A DNA stretch of 60,046 bases from Thermoplasmata archaeon (GCA_021162065.1 JAGGZK010000032.1:1-60046), one strand, 5' to 3'. Shown: positions 26,580-37,599, numbered from the stretch's first letter. The notes: a model not told the origin generated them from the letters alone. Made by a program: numbers and translations.

Positions 26580-28664
26580 TTATTCTGGTAACATGGGAAC
26601 AAAAGCAGGGTCGCCATAAAGAACACGGGCGTATTTTGTTGGAGGTCCTGTAATGCTGTTGGACTTCATCACAGCCTTTCCTATGGAAGATGCATTGAAA
26701 ATGATTTCATTCTCTATTATCTCCAGCGTTGCCTCCCCCCCTGTCTCTCTTGTGGCCGACACCACCGCAACACTTCCCGCGTGGAGAAACGCCATGGATA
26801 TGCTGCTTTCCGGCGCTATGCCGTCCATCCGCCCCATGAGGCAGGCGGCGGTGAGAATGATGTTGGGAGGGAATGCATAATTCCTCACATGTGCCACATC
26901 CACCACCCTGCTGTAGTAATCAATGCCATATATGGAGGAGAGCATCCAGTACCAGTCTCCATGCCCTTCATATTCCACAAACCCGGCATGGAAGGCATTT
27001 TCCTTTTCCAGTCGCTCCCTACCATTGCGAAGGATTCCAAACACCTCCGTTTCAAATCCGTATTTTCTGAGTTCCCTGGAGTAGGGTATCTGATGGAATA
27101 TGGCGGCCGTCTCCCCAAATCCCTCTCCCGTGATGAAATTGAACTTTTTAATCCACTCATCTCCAGCAAGAGAGGAATAAAAAAGTTCTCTGGAGAGCAT
27201 GAGGGAAACATCCTCTATGCTCATACCCATTATCCTGCCAACAGCAACTGAAAAATTTAATGAGTAGGGATTATCGGAGGGAATACCATAACCCACGTAT
27301 GAATCACCAGTAGATGACTTGTAATAATAGCGGGGAAGCATATTCACATCGCCCACAAGGGCAATGTATTTTATATCAAGTCCATAACTCCTCATCAGAT
27401 TTTCTATCTTCTCCACGCTCCTGTTCACCTTCCCGTTCACAAAAGAATGAATCTCCGGATGATTCCATGCCCCTCCTGCCAAAGAAAATTTGTATTCTTT
27501 ATCCATGATTTCATTCTCTGCCAGCATTACAATCCCGCCGCGCATGGAAGCAAGGTAGGGAGCAAGGGAGGAAAGGGGCATGGAAGGATAGCATGGTGAG
27601 TCATAGAATGAGATGAGGACATCCACATCAAAATCTGTATCCACCATGGATATCCCCCTCTGGGAGAAGAATCCGCCCTTTATGCCCCTGTATATGCTCA
27701 CCTTTATGGTGTATTTTCCACCAGCATTGTTGGCGGGAAACTGGAGATAGCATTTCTCCTCCCTCCATGCATTGCTGAAGGAGTAGGTCACCAGCTCCTC
27801 CCCCCTGTAAACGCTGGCATCTATTATATTTGGCAGGCCTTCTCCAGAGGATGATGCATTTATGAATATCTTAACAAAATTGAAGCCATCCGGCAGTTCC
27901 AGTTCAAAAAACTGGCTGTCGTTTCCCAGAATGTTCACCTCTCTGGCAAAGAGGGTGATTTTGAGATTACTTATGTGACCCTGATAGGAAATCTTATCTT
28001 TTTCCACAGGTTCATGAATGATGGCATCGTGAGGATTTGTCACTGCCATATATGAAAAATTCCTCAACGTTGTGAGATAGCCGTAAAGGGATTTTTCGTT
28101 GATTAGAGGGATATCATGGATGCCGGAAATATTTAGTGGAATAACAGATATTGCCTCCTCTATTCCCATTCCCTGTAGCTCTTCCGATATCTCCGAGGGG
28201 TTTCCCTCGTAAAAAATAAGGGGAATGCCCTCGTAGCAGGAAATCTGGGTTGCAAGGAGGGAGAGGTTATAATAGGCCATATCATGTGGCAGCACCACGG
28301 CTTTGGTGGCGCCCCCGTAAAACTCACGGGCAATCTGAAAAGAAATACTCGTTATATTCCCGACAAACTCTTCCTTGGGATATGAGCAGGGCATATGTGC
28401 GCCCACACTTATTATCCTCTCCGTGCCATAGGAAGATAGGAAGGATGTCATGTAGTTACCCATATCTCCTGCAAAAATTAAAAGAGGAGCAGATTTCATA
28501 AAGGCGATGGGTGTGGCAAGAAGGGTGTAGAAAACATCTGCATTTGAGGCGAATACCACCGTCTTCTCCTCCACATGCTCGGTGGAAAAGGGGGTTGCAA
28601 ATGAAAGTACAAGAAATGCTGCCAGAAGAATGCCAACCTTTCTCACAGCCTTTTTTCTATCCAT
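26580..28664 (-). CDS. Secreted C25 (gingipain-like) cysteine peptidase
   Basis: Signal peptide, YIALVGD, SDNPY..VGRI, catalytic-type GHG and AACLMG, terminal LYGDP. Confidence 0.75.
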   Translation of the reverse strand: MDRKKAVRKVGILLAAFLVLSFATPFSTEHVEEKTVVFASNADVFYTLLATPIAFMKSAPLLIFAGDMGNYMTSFLSSYGTERIISVGAHMPCSYPKEEFVGNITSISFQIAREFYGGATKAVVLPHDMAYYNLSLLATQISCYEGIPLIFYEGNPSEISEELQGMGIEEAISVIPLNISGIHDIPLINEKSLYGYLTTLRNFSYMAVTNPHDAIIHEPVEKDKISYQGHISNLKITLFAREVNILGNDSQFFELELPDGFNFVKIFINASSSGEGLPNIIDASVYRGEELVTYSFSNAWREEKCYLQFPANNAGGKYTIKVSIYRGIKGGFFSQRGISMVDTDFDVDVLISFYDSPCYPSMPLSSLAPYLASMRGGIVMLAENEIMDKEYKFSLAGGAWNHPEIHSFVNGKVNRSVEKIENLMRSYGLDIKYIALVGDVNMLPRYYYKSSTGDSYVGYGIPSDNPYSLNFSVAVGRIMGMSIEDVSLMLSRELFYSSLAGDEWIKKFNFITGEGFGETAAIFHQIPYSRELRKYGFETEVFGILRNGRERLEKENAFHAGFVEYEGHGDWYWMLSSIYGIDYYSRVVDVAHVRNYAFPPNIILTAACLMGRMDGIAPESSISMAFLHAGSVAVVSATRETGGEATLEIIENEIIFNASSIGKAVMKSNSITGPPTKYARVLYGDPAFVPMLPE

Positions 28665-30253
28665 TCTGGAACCTCTTCAATTTTCACTCTCACCTGCTCC
28701 GTGGTATCTCTAAAACGTATGGTTACCGTGTTATCCTCCTTGCTCTGATAATCAACGGTTATGCAGAAGGGAGTCCCTATCTCGTCCATTCTTGCATATC
28801 TCCTCCCTATGCTCCCGCTCTCGTCATAGAAGGCCATTATGCCCCTCTTCCTGAGTATCCTTTCAATATTTCTGGCTATTTCCGGCAGTCCATCCTTGCT
28901 GACAAGCGGAAACACACCTGCCTTTATGGGAGCCATGGAAGGTGGAAGTGAGAGAAGCACATATCTCTCCCCCTCCTTTTCCGTCTCCCTGTAATTATGC
29001 TCCAGAATGAAATAAAAGATTCTGTCTATGCCATGGGAGGGCTCTATCACATGAGGTATGAATTTTTTGCCGCTCTCCACCACCTCCTCCTCCACAATTT
29101 CAAAGTATTCTCCCCCTATTTTCATCTCCTCCCCATCAATGTTTACCGTAACATTCTCCATATCTCCATCCACATCAACCTTTTTCAGCTCCTCCGCAAT
29201 CTTAACGGCCTTCTTTCTGAAATCCCTGCCAAGCAGATTCATCTTCGGCTTGGTGATCCTTCTCCTCACCTTTCTCGGCTCATCGTATTTCTTGAATGCC
29301 CTCATATCCACGCCCGTTGCCTTCATATGCGCCTCCAGGTCATGGGCGGAGCGGTCCGCTATCCCCACACACTCCACCCATCCAAATCTCTCGGAAAATA
29401 TCTCGGCGTCCCAGCACTCTCTTGCGTAATGGGCGAGTTCCTCCCTCTTATGCTGTCTGAACCTTATCCTCCCTTTGTCTATCCCCACACTTGTGAGGAA
29501 TCTGTGGGTGAGGACGAGGTAGTAGGCCATGGCCTCGCTTCCCACTATGCCCTCCTCCACCGCCTGCCCCGCCTCCATCACCATTTCCTCGTCGTCCATT
29601 GTAAGGAGCGTGAGTTTTTCTTTCTTTATCTCCTCAAATCTCTCGTGGCTTTTCTCATCCGGCTCGAAAAATATCTCCGCCTCCGCCATGGAGAACTCTC
29701 TCAACCTTATGATGCCCTGTCGGGGAGAAACCTCGTTTCTGAACCCCTTTCCTATCTGAACAACTCCGAAGGGCATCTTCTTGCGAAAAAATTCATAGAG
29801 AAACGGAAAATCAACGAATATGCCCTGGGCCGTTTCCGGACGCAGAAAGGCCATCTCCTGCTTTTTTGCCCCTATTCTCGTTTCGAACATGAGATTCAGT
29901 TTTCCCTCCACCATCTCCTCGCTGCCGCAGAGGGGGCATTTTCCGGCAACATCCTCTTTTTTGAAACTGGCCCCACATTTTTTGCAGGTTACAATCTCAT
30001 CTATGAATTCATCCACATGCCCCGACGCCTTCAGAACATCATAGGGAGTTATTACTGGAGTCGAGATCTCAAAAAATCCCTCGCCTATAACATAAAATTC
30101 CCTCCATTTGTTCTCTATATTGTTTTTGAGAAGCGTTCCCAGAGGGCCATAATCATAGAATCCCGATTCTCCTCCATAAATCTCATAGGAGGGATAGAGG
30201 AAACCCCTCCTCTTGGCAAGAGATATTATTTTCTCATATATCTCCTCCTTCAT
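28643..30253 (-). CDS. glyS: Glycyl-tRNA synthetase (alpha2 type)
   Basis: LRPETAQG, FRNEVSPRQG..RLREF, VIEPSHGIDR, SIGRRYARMDEIGTP. Confidence 0.97.
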   Translation of the reverse strand: MKEEIYEKIISLAKRRGFLYPSYEIYGGESGFYDYGPLGTLLKNNIENKWREFYVIGEGFFEISTPVITPYDVLKASGHVDEFIDEIVTCKKCGASFKKEDVAGKCPLCGSEEMVEGKLNLMFETRIGAKKQEMAFLRPETAQGIFVDFPFLYEFFRKKMPFGVVQIGKGFRNEVSPRQGIIRLREFSMAEAEIFFEPDEKSHERFEEIKKEKLTLLTMDDEEMVMEAGQAVEEGIVGSEAMAYYLVLTHRFLTSVGIDKGRIRFRQHKREELAHYARECWDAEIFSERFGWVECVGIADRSAHDLEAHMKATGVDMRAFKKYDEPRKVRRRITKPKMNLLGRDFRKKAVKIAEELKKVDVDGDMENVTVNIDGEEMKIGGEYFEIVEEEVVESGKKFIPHVIEPSHGIDRIFYFILEHNYRETEKEGERYVLLSLPPSMAPIKAGVFPLVSKDGLPEIARNIERILRKRGIMAFYDESGSIGRRYARMDEIGTPFCITVDYQSKEDNTVTIRFRDTTEQVRVKIEEVPEWIEKRL

Positions 30254-31098
30254 TCTAACACTGCCTTCATGAGGTCCACATCATAAACCATTCCTATTAT
30301 ATCATCCGTCTCGTCCATCACAGGCAGCTGGTCAACGCCGTTGTCCAGCATTTTCTTGGCCACCTCTGATATGGGCGTTTTTCTGTACACGGTTATGACG
30401 TCCCTCACCATCACCTCCCCAACGGGCACGGGCGGAAGTTCTATTTTCGATGTTTCATAATAGAGGCGCATCACGTCCCTTATTCCCTCCCATGTCCACA
30501 CATCCTCATCCTCTCCTATGCCCAGATTGGAATTCACCACCGATTCCTTGAGGTGGGAGAAGGTGAATAAATCTCCGTCCGCCACTATGCCCGCAAGATT
30601 GCCCTCATCGTCCAGCACGGGCAGGGCGGAGGCGTTGGTGAGGCGGAATATTTTCATAACCACAGGCAGAGGCGTCTCCGTGTAGATGGGAATAAACACA
30701 GGAGAAAGATATTCATCAACCGTCCTTTTTCCCTTTTTTGATATAACCTTGAGTATATCCGTGGGCGATATAACGCCTACAAGTTTGTCATTTTTGATGA
30801 CCGGAATGCCATGAATTCTCTTTTCATAAAATATCTTTGCGGCGGTTTTCAAACTTGCTTCTGGAGATATAACTATGGGGTTTCGATTCATGAGAAGAGC
30901 GAGTTGAGTTTCCTCCGGATTTTTAAATATATCATTTCTTGTTACTATTCCTGCAAAAATCTTTGTCCCTGCCTTCACCACAGGAACTCCAGAGACCTCA
31001 TACTTTCCGAATATTCTGAGAACATCCTCCCTGTTGCCGGGCACCTCCGCATATATGGGATTGCTGTTCATAACATCCTTTACCTTCATCTTTTTCAT
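30250..31098 (-). CDS. CBS domain protein (4 CBS)
   Basis: VKDVM, SGVPV, LPVLD, VGEVM repeats; next to glyS as in many euryarchaea. Confidence 0.9.
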   Translation of the reverse strand: MKKMKVKDVMNSNPIYAEVPGNREDVLRIFGKYEVSGVPVVKAGTKIFAGIVTRNDIFKNPEETQLALLMNRNPIVISPEASLKTAAKIFYEKRIHGIPVIKNDKLVGVISPTDILKVISKKGKRTVDEYLSPVFIPIYTETPLPVVMKIFRLTNASALPVLDDEGNLAGIVADGDLFTFSHLKESVVNSNLGIGEDEDVWTWEGIRDVMRLYYETSKIELPPVPVGEVMVRDVITVYRKTPISEVAKKMLDNGVDQLPVMDETDDIIGMVYDVDLMKAVLE

Positions 31099-31103
31099 CG
31101 GGT

Positions 31104-31904
31104 TTATGAATGCTCATGGTTTTTTAAAATTTCCCCAAAAAAATCTGAAGGAGTTTTAGAAATCATTTTAAATGCCTCCCTCTCCTCCACACCAAAGTTA
31201 TTGATTACATATCTTGCCTCCTCCCTTATATCCGGCGCCACCAGCATGGCATTGTCCGTGCCAAGCATTACCTTTGCCTTCTTTTCCAGAAGAATTTTTA
31301 ATGGGGGAGAGAGGCCGAAAAAAGCATTTGCCCTCGGGCATACTACAACACCTATGCCTCTGGACACCACCTCACTTATATCCTCCTCAGTTGCATAGCA
31401 TAGATGAACTATGAAATCCGGCTTTAAGTCCAGCACCATGCCAATGTCTTCCCTCCTTGCCTCACTCACATGAAGAGCAAACATTTTTCCTGCTTCCCTT
31501 ACATGATGGGATATGGCCTCCATCTCCCCATAATCCCAGTCGGAAATGCTGCTCAGCCCGATACCATCTGCCATGGAGAGTATTCTTTCCATCCCCTTCT
31601 CATTATATTTCATGGAGGAGGGGCGGCCCATTATTATGGCCCTTATTTTCCTGCCCTCCATTGCCTCCAGGAGCATCTCTATGCCGTCAACGCCGCCCTC
31701 CCTGAAATCAATGAAAACATCTGTGCCGCATTTCTCCATAACCCCGATGGCTTTCTTCATTCCGGAAATTATCTCCTCCCGGCTCGCTGATGAAAGCATT
31801 CTGTGCTTGTATCCATGAGGAGGTGCCACTAACTGCTCTATAGTCATCCCGTGGGGAGCCTTCAAAAACGCATCTCCTATGTGGGTGTGGGAATTGAAAA
31901 TCAT
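31104..31904 (-). CDS. Amidohydrolase family protein
   Basis: NSHTHIGD, DFREGG, HVSE, VVCPRAN, LGTDN. Confidence 0.85.
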   Translation of the reverse strand: MIFNSHTHIGDAFLKAPHGMTIEQLVAPPHGYKHRMLSSASREEIISGMKKAIGVMEKCGTDVFIDFREGGVDGIEMLLEAMEGRKIRAIIMGRPSSMKYNEKGMERILSMADGIGLSSISDWDYGEMEAISHHVREAGKMFALHVSEARREDIGMVLDLKPDFIVHLCYATEEDISEVVSRGIGVVVCPRANAFFGLSPPLKILLEKKAKVMLGTDNAMLVAPDIREEARYVINNFGVEEREAFKMISKTPSDFFGEILKNHEHS

Positions 31905-34258
31905 TTTGGTATGCGTATCTCAAACCTAGCCCCTCTTCCGTTCTCTGCATCCCTCACCACTATGCTCCCGTTCATATCCTCCACTATCTTCTTTACCAGA
32001 TACAGCCCCAGACCGCTTCCTCTGCTTTCCTTTCCCTTGTACCCCATATCAAATATTTTCCTTCTTTTATCATCATCTATTCCTTTCCCATCATCTTCAA
32101 TGATAAGGAGTATATGATTCTCTTCCTCCCTCGTTTTTACGACTATCCTGCTTCCTCCTGAATGAACTATGGCATTCCAGAGGATGTTGGATATCACCTC
32201 CTTAAAAAGTTCATTGGTTTTCATCTTCCTGACTTTTATTTCCTTCTCCACCTCCATTCCCCTGGCATCAATTTCAGCATTATACTCCTTTACCAGAGAA
32301 TCTACCATTTCCTCAATATCCCTCTCCTCCCTGCTGCTCTCCTTTTTGAGTATGAAGAGCTTTCTCACATTGTCAATTATCTCCAGTGCCGACCGGCATG
32401 ATTTCATGGCATTGCCCGCAAGCTCCTTCGCCTCTCCCCCAAGCTCCTCGTCCATGAGGAGCTCGAGATATCCTACGATTAACTGGAGTTTGTTGGCCAC
32501 ATCATGTCTGAGCAAAGCATTGTAAAAATCTGCCTCCTTTTCCGCCTCCTTCAATTCCGTTACATCATGAATTATGCCGTCTATGTATCTCTCGCCGTCT
32601 TCCTCCACAATGGCGGCATACTCCACCCCTGTCAGGGTCTTTCCATCGTTTCTCACATATTCAATCTCCTGATTTCTTACATAGCCATTTTTCTTCAATT
32701 TCTCCAGAAAAATTTCTCTCTCCCGGGGGTTTCTATAGAGATGCCTTAATTCCATTCTCTCCAGTTCCTCTCTTGTGTAACCAAACAGTTTCTCGAGAGC
32801 AGGGTTCACCTCTATTATTCTCCCCTCCATATCCACACGGTAAATTCCCTCTGGAGAATTCTCAAAGATGCTTCTGTAATTCCTTTCTGAATTCTTCAGG
32901 GCCTCCTCCGCCATTATTCTTCTTATGGCAGATGCCACCTGTGCGGATATTAATTTTAGCATCTCCCTCTCCTCATTGCCATAAGCCCTCTCATTTTTGT
33001 AATCCTGAACAGCCATTACCCCCACAATTTTTTTGCCCATCCTCAACGGCACTCCCAGCCAGCATGCCGAGGGGGTGCTTATTCTTTCCACTTCCCCTCT
33101 CCTTTCCATCTCCTCAAAAACTTTGGGAGTAACAAGGACGGATTTTCCGTTTCTGATAACATATCCGGTAAGACCTCTCATGAGTTTCTTTTCTTCGGGC
33201 TTTTCTCCATGTTCATCTGCGAAATATGGAAGAGAAAGTTTCCCTTTATCCTCCTCATAGATGGCAATGAAAAAGTTCTCGGCGGGCATGAGTTCCTTTA
33301 CTGTCTCATGAATAGAGCGAAGCAGATCCTCCAGAGATTTGGCGGAGTAGGATGCCTCTGCTATGTGATACATGGCATCCCTTATGCTATCCATTTTCTT
33401 CCTGTAGGTGATGTCCTCCACCGTCCCAACAATGTGAACTATTTTTCCATCCTTCTTCACCGCCCTGGCATTTTCCTCAATCCATATGATGCTGCCATCC
33501 CTGCGATAAACTTTCGAGATGAATTCCCTCACTTCCCCATCTCTTTCAAGCAATCTCAGAAATTCCTTTCTCATCTCTGGATTGACATAAATCTGCTTTC
33601 CTATATCCTCCACTGATGCAAGGAGACTCTCGGGAGAATCATAGCCATATATCTTGGCAAGGGCTGGATTAACCTGAAGATGTTTTCCATCGGGAGTGCT
33701 TTTATATATGCCCATCACCGCATTCTCGAAAATTTCCCTGTATCTCTCCTCCGCCTCCTTCAGCCTGTTTTTCAACTCCACGTTCTTGAAGGCGGCCGCC
33801 AGGACGCTGGCAAAGAGTTCCAGAATCTCTATGTCATCGCTGGAAAATCCATCCACCTCTTTCTTCTCCACATCTATTACCCCTATGAGATCGTTCCCAT
33901 AAACCACCGGCACTGATACCTCGCTTTTTATTCCGCTGGCCGCCTCTATATACGCCTCCTCTCTGCTCACATCCGGCACATAAACCGTTTTCTTTTCCCT
34001 GGCACATTTTATGACGATTCCCTTCTCACCGTCCAGTCTCAGAGGGATGCCGGGCTCATATATTCCCAGGGTCTCCACTATCCTGAGTTCATTTCCCTCC
34101 TTGAGAAGAAGGGCAAATATGTCAAAATTCAGCACCTTCTGAAGGGCGGACGAGAATATGCTGCATATATCCTCAACAGAACCCGCCAGAGTCAAGGAAG
34201 AGGATAAATTATAAAGATCCACAAGGCGCTCCCGCATTATGGAAAAAGAGGGCAGCAT
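31901..34258 (-). CDS. Cytoplasmic GAF-PAS-GAF-PAS sensor histidine kinase
   Basis: GAF (SEVSVPV; WLGVPL), PAS (FENAVMGI; FENSPEGI), LLRHDVANKL H-box, NAIVH, DDGKGI, GSGLGL. Confidence 0.92.
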   Translation of the reverse strand: MLPSFSIMRERLVDLYNLSSSLTLAGSVEDICSIFSSALQKVLNFDIFALLLKEGNELRIVETLGIYEPGIPLRLDGEKGIVIKCAREKKTVYVPDVSREEAYIEAASGIKSEVSVPVVYGNDLIGVIDVEKKEVDGFSSDDIEILELFASVLAAAFKNVELKNRLKEAEERYREIFENAVMGIYKSTPDGKHLQVNPALAKIYGYDSPESLLASVEDIGKQIYVNPEMRKEFLRLLERDGEVREFISKVYRRDGSIIWIEENARAVKKDGKIVHIVGTVEDITYRKKMDSIRDAMYHIAEASYSAKSLEDLLRSIHETVKELMPAENFFIAIYEEDKGKLSLPYFADEHGEKPEEKKLMRGLTGYVIRNGKSVLVTPKVFEEMERRGEVERISTPSACWLGVPLRMGKKIVGVMAVQDYKNERAYGNEEREMLKLISAQVASAIRRIMAEEALKNSERNYRSIFENSPEGIYRVDMEGRIIEVNPALEKLFGYTREELERMELRHLYRNPREREIFLEKLKKNGYVRNQEIEYVRNDGKTLTGVEYAAIVEEDGERYIDGIIHDVTELKEAEKEADFYNALLRHDVANKLQLIVGYLELLMDEELGGEAKELAGNAMKSCRSALEIIDNVRKLFILKKESSREERDIEEMVDSLVKEYNAEIDARGMEVEKEIKVRKMKTNELFKEVISNILWNAIVHSGGSRIVVKTREEENHILLIIEDDGKGIDDDKRRKIFDMGYKGKESRGSGLGLYLVKKIVEDMNGSIVVRDAENGRGARFEIRIPK

Positions 34259-34330
34259 TTATAATTCTTGCTTTTTAATTCAAATCATGCAAAATCACAA
34301 TACTTTTTTACATTTCAATGTTATGACATC

Positions 34331-34726
34331 ATGAAGAGAGTAAGGATAAGCTTCACCATTCCAGAGGACATAATGAAAAAATTTGAGAGCACATTCAAAA
34401 AGATGGGATACAAGAACAGAAGCCATGCCATATCCATGGCCATTCATGACTACATTGTTGCCCATAAATGGACTGAGTTGAAGGGAAAAATATCAGGTGC
34501 CATCCTCCTCACCTACGAGCATCATGGGAAAATAAATGATGATCTGGTGGATGTGCAGCATCACTACAATGACATCATAAATGCCAGCATGCACATTCAT
34601 CTCAACAGAGACAACTGCCTGGAAATAATAGCCTTTACCGGAGACGCCAGAAAGGTGAAGGAGTTATTCAAAAAACTCCAGGGAATGGGAGGAGTGATTT
34701 CAATAAAGATGGTCACTGCTGCCTGA
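34331..34726 (+). CDS. nikR: Nickel-responsive regulator NikR
   Basis: RISFTIP ribbon, GYKNRS, YEHH, QHHY, HIHL..CLE. Confidence 0.92.
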   Translation: MKRVRISFTIPEDIMKKFESTFKKMGYKNRSHAISMAIHDYIVAHKWTELKGKISGAILLTYEHHGKINDDLVDVQHHYNDIINASMHIHLNRDNCLEIIAFTGDARKVKELFKKLQGMGGVISIKMVTAA

Positions 34727-35576
34727 AGACAAGAGTATCATCGAAATTTCTGGCATATCTTTCCATAACTTTCTGCAGGGATGGAAAATTCTGGGCACCC
34801 ATCCTTTCGACCACAAAGGAGGCAAAGGTGGAGGCGAACCTGCAGCATTTTTCCATCTCATTTCCGTTCAGAAAAGCAAACCAGAATGCCGCCTTGTAGG
34901 CATCCCCCGCACCCGTGGCATCGACAAAGCGAGATGGCTTTACTGCATTTATTTTTACATTTCTCCCATATATTCTGCTCCCCCTGGCCCCCAGAGTGAC
35001 TATGACGTTTTTTCCTTTAAGAGAGACTCTCCTCCTTATATAGGCGACCTCTTTCTCATTGCAGAAAATTATATCCGCCATCTCCGCCATGTAAGTAAGA
35101 TGGCGGCTGTCATATTTTCTCATATCCTGTCCGGGCTCGAAGGCGAAAAATTTTGCCTTCTCCGCCATTTTCATCGCCAGGGAAGGATGACAGGGGGCTA
35201 TGTGGAGATATTCGCTCTCTATCCCCTCCATATTCTCCATCTCCTCTGATGCGCCCCAGAAAAAATAGGATTTCTGGGTTTCAGAATCGTTGAATACGAA
35301 GGCGGAGGGTGTTTTTTTATTGCTTCTTTTGAGTATCAGTTCCACCCCTTTCTTTTTTAGATGCCGTTCATATCTCGCAAAATCCCTTCCCGCAGCAGTA
35401 TAAAGAATGCCTTTTCCTCCAAGAGATGAAAAACCCACTGCTATGTTGGCGCCGCCTCCTCCATAATATCTTCCCCACTCCCTTATGTATGCCGATTCAT
35501 CCTTTCCCGGCTGCCTTTCCACACTGAATATGTAATCGTAGGCCGCATGCCCGACAACGGTAAGTGCTGGCTTCAT
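34713..35576 (-). CDS. PfkB/ribokinase family kinase (nucleoside kinase-like)
   Basis: GGGGANIA, FEPGQD, NEKE, VTLGARG, DATGAGDAY. Confidence 0.9.
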   Translation of the reverse strand: MKPALTVVGHAAYDYIFSVERQPGKDESAYIREWGRYYGGGGANIAVGFSSLGGKGILYTAAGRDFARYERHLKKKGVELILKRSNKKTPSAFVFNDSETQKSYFFWGASEEMENMEGIESEYLHIAPCHPSLAMKMAEKAKFFAFEPGQDMRKYDSRHLTYMAEMADIIFCNEKEVAYIRRRVSLKGKNVIVTLGARGSRIYGRNVKINAVKPSRFVDATGAGDAYKAAFWFAFLNGNEMEKCCRFASTFASFVVERMGAQNFPSLQKVMERYARNFDDTLVFRQQ

Positions 35577-35578
35577 GG

Positions 35579-37576
35579 CTATATGTTAAAGATGAGGGCA
35601 CTCTTCTGATCTTCCACCTCTTCTCCCTCTCCATAGCCCACAACCTTTAGGGTTCTTGAGCCAAAGGACATTTCATCCAGCAGATACTCATAGGGCGCCT
35701 CCTCATCCACATATTTCAGCTCTCCATCAACATAAAACTCCACCTTTTCCACATTGTACGCCGCCGCTTCTATGGTTATCTTGCCCAGGATTATGGTCTT
35801 TCCGAAGAGAGTCGGCATTATTTCCCTGTCTCCAAAATATAGATAGCCATCAGAGGGCTTATTCAGATAAACTATGGGACTGGTGGAGGAATAGCCGCCT
35901 ATCATCAGACTGGGATCGCCGAAAAGTGTCCATTCCTCTATTGTCTTGTACTGTATCGCATCATTCAATCTCTGGGTCATGATGTAGGTGGAGATGGAAT
36001 TACCCCACATCTCTCCAAGATGACTGCCAATCTTGAAGTTTTTGCAGAGAAGCACGTCCATATACCCAGACAGTCCGCTGGGTGCATAATCGCCAAGATA
36101 CCCCCATGAAAGTCCTGCCGCAGCAAATGTTGCTATGCCTCCTCCAGTACTTTTTCTCACCAGTTGCCAGGCAAGACAGGTGCCTTTGTCAAACTGGCCC
36201 GTCTCGCACGCGCTCAGAATAACAACAGGCGTTCTTTCATTGTTGGAGAAGGATGCCACATCCGTTATATCGAAACCCAGCCAGGTGTCGAAATCGCCCG
36301 GAGGATGTGTCGCCCAGCTCACCCTGTTGCCGTGGCCCTCGAAGTTGAAAAGGGCGCCGCCCTCGCTGAATTTTTCCTTTATGGAGGCCTTGCTGAGAGT
36401 CCCATCGGATGTGAAAATATATTCTCTCTCAAAGGAGGGCAGATAAGAAAATGCCTTCTCCTTTATGACCTCTCCCTCATAAACGCCGTCGTTATCATCA
36501 TGGCTGTCGCCGGCAAAGGCAACGGCCTTATTCATCCACTCCGCTCCGCTGGCCAGGTTTTCGTAGGTGATGATTTTCTGTATCACATTTTTCACATCCG
36601 TATCGCTGCTGCAGGCCAGCCTGCCTATATATACATCGGGATACCCATCCACATCGTCCCTCTGCCCGTTGTGGTCATATTCCGCATAATACCCGTTGCC
36701 GTTGGTATCCCATGAGGAGAATTCGCCATTTCCATCATATATGTCCGCATAGTATAAATCGCTTGCAAATCTTGCCTCATTGCCATCGTAGGCATATGAA
36801 TATCTCACCGGGATATCGTCTGCGCTCCCCACAAGAAGAACATATTTTATGCCGTATCTATCAAGGGCATCCTTTATGGCATACTTTATATCCTCCTGTT
36901 CGTCATTTCCAAAATATTTGCTGTAGATTTCATTCAGTCCCATCACAAGCGTTCTCACCCCATGGCTCTCCTTATGGAGTCTCAGCGTTTCCACCTCATC
37001 CAGCCATTTGTCAGGAGCGATTATGAGCAAATCATAGGAATCTGTAGAAACAAAGGGAATCTTTGCCGTTTCATAATCAACATTCACATCGAAGTGATGG
37101 GCGTATTCCATAACATTTCTGGCAGGATTGTACTGCACCGGATAAAGATATAGAGTGATGATTGTGGACAGCTTTCCGTTCCTCAAACCTGCACCGACCT
37201 GGAATTCATACCATGTTCCGGGATAGAAGGCATCTCTGGAATAAATATCGCCTTCCATAACCTCATTCCCGCCCTCCCCCATAATCCGGGCAGGAGGAGA
37301 GGGGATAATTTTTTTGTCGAGGGAAATGGACTCCACGTCCCTGGCTTTTACATCTATCCCTTCTACCTTGCTCCCGAATGGAAGAACGTATTCCCTGACA
37401 TAATATGGAATAATTGGATAGCCAGAACTGAGAGCATAGCTGGCATTGTTGAGATGCACCATGCAGTACTCGCCGTATGGCACTATTGATATCCCGTCCT
37501 CGCCAGAAACTCTCTGAAATCCTGCCCCAGTGAACACTAACAGCGCAGCAATTAACACTGCAACCCCGTATCTCAT
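35579..37576 (-). CDS. Secreted C25 (gingipain-like) cysteine peptidase with propeptide and C-terminal Ig-like domain
   Basis: Signal peptide, propeptide (YPVQYNP), YVLLVG, SDLYYAD, YIGRL, GHG, SAC, LFGDP, terminal ALIFNI. Confidence 0.9.
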   Translation of the reverse strand: MRYGVAVLIAALLVFTGAGFQRVSGEDGISIVPYGEYCMVHLNNASYALSSGYPIIPYYVREYVLPFGSKVEGIDVKARDVESISLDKKIIPSPPARIMGEGGNEVMEGDIYSRDAFYPGTWYEFQVGAGLRNGKLSTIITLYLYPVQYNPARNVMEYAHHFDVNVDYETAKIPFVSTDSYDLLIIAPDKWLDEVETLRLHKESHGVRTLVMGLNEIYSKYFGNDEQEDIKYAIKDALDRYGIKYVLLVGSADDIPVRYSYAYDGNEARFASDLYYADIYDGNGEFSSWDTNGNGYYAEYDHNGQRDDVDGYPDVYIGRLACSSDTDVKNVIQKIITYENLASGAEWMNKAVAFAGDSHDDNDGVYEGEVIKEKAFSYLPSFEREYIFTSDGTLSKASIKEKFSEGGALFNFEGHGNRVSWATHPPGDFDTWLGFDITDVASFSNNERTPVVILSACETGQFDKGTCLAWQLVRKSTGGGIATFAAAGLSWGYLGDYAPSGLSGYMDVLLCKNFKIGSHLGEMWGNSISTYIMTQRLNDAIQYKTIEEWTLFGDPSLMIGGYSSTSPIVYLNKPSDGYLYFGDREIMPTLFGKTIILGKITIEAAAYNVEKVEFYVDGELKYVDEEAPYEYLLDEMSFGSRTLKVVGYGEGEEVEDQKSALIFNI

Positions 37577-37599
37577 GCAGTTTAAAGTTCTGTTTCTAT

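Noticed and set aside
28997..30286. 429-aa + strand ORF, and similar long ORFs such as 3407-4198, 16503-17621 and 17291-18130
   Set aside because: Antisense shadows of well-supported genes (glyS, hisS, amrS, nep1); His/Leu/Pro-rich composition and no motifs.
31104..31904. Amidohydrolase starting directly at the HxH motif as a pseudogene
   Set aside because: Catalytic motifs are intact and the start is ATGA-coupled to the upstream kinase gene; a compact form is plausible.
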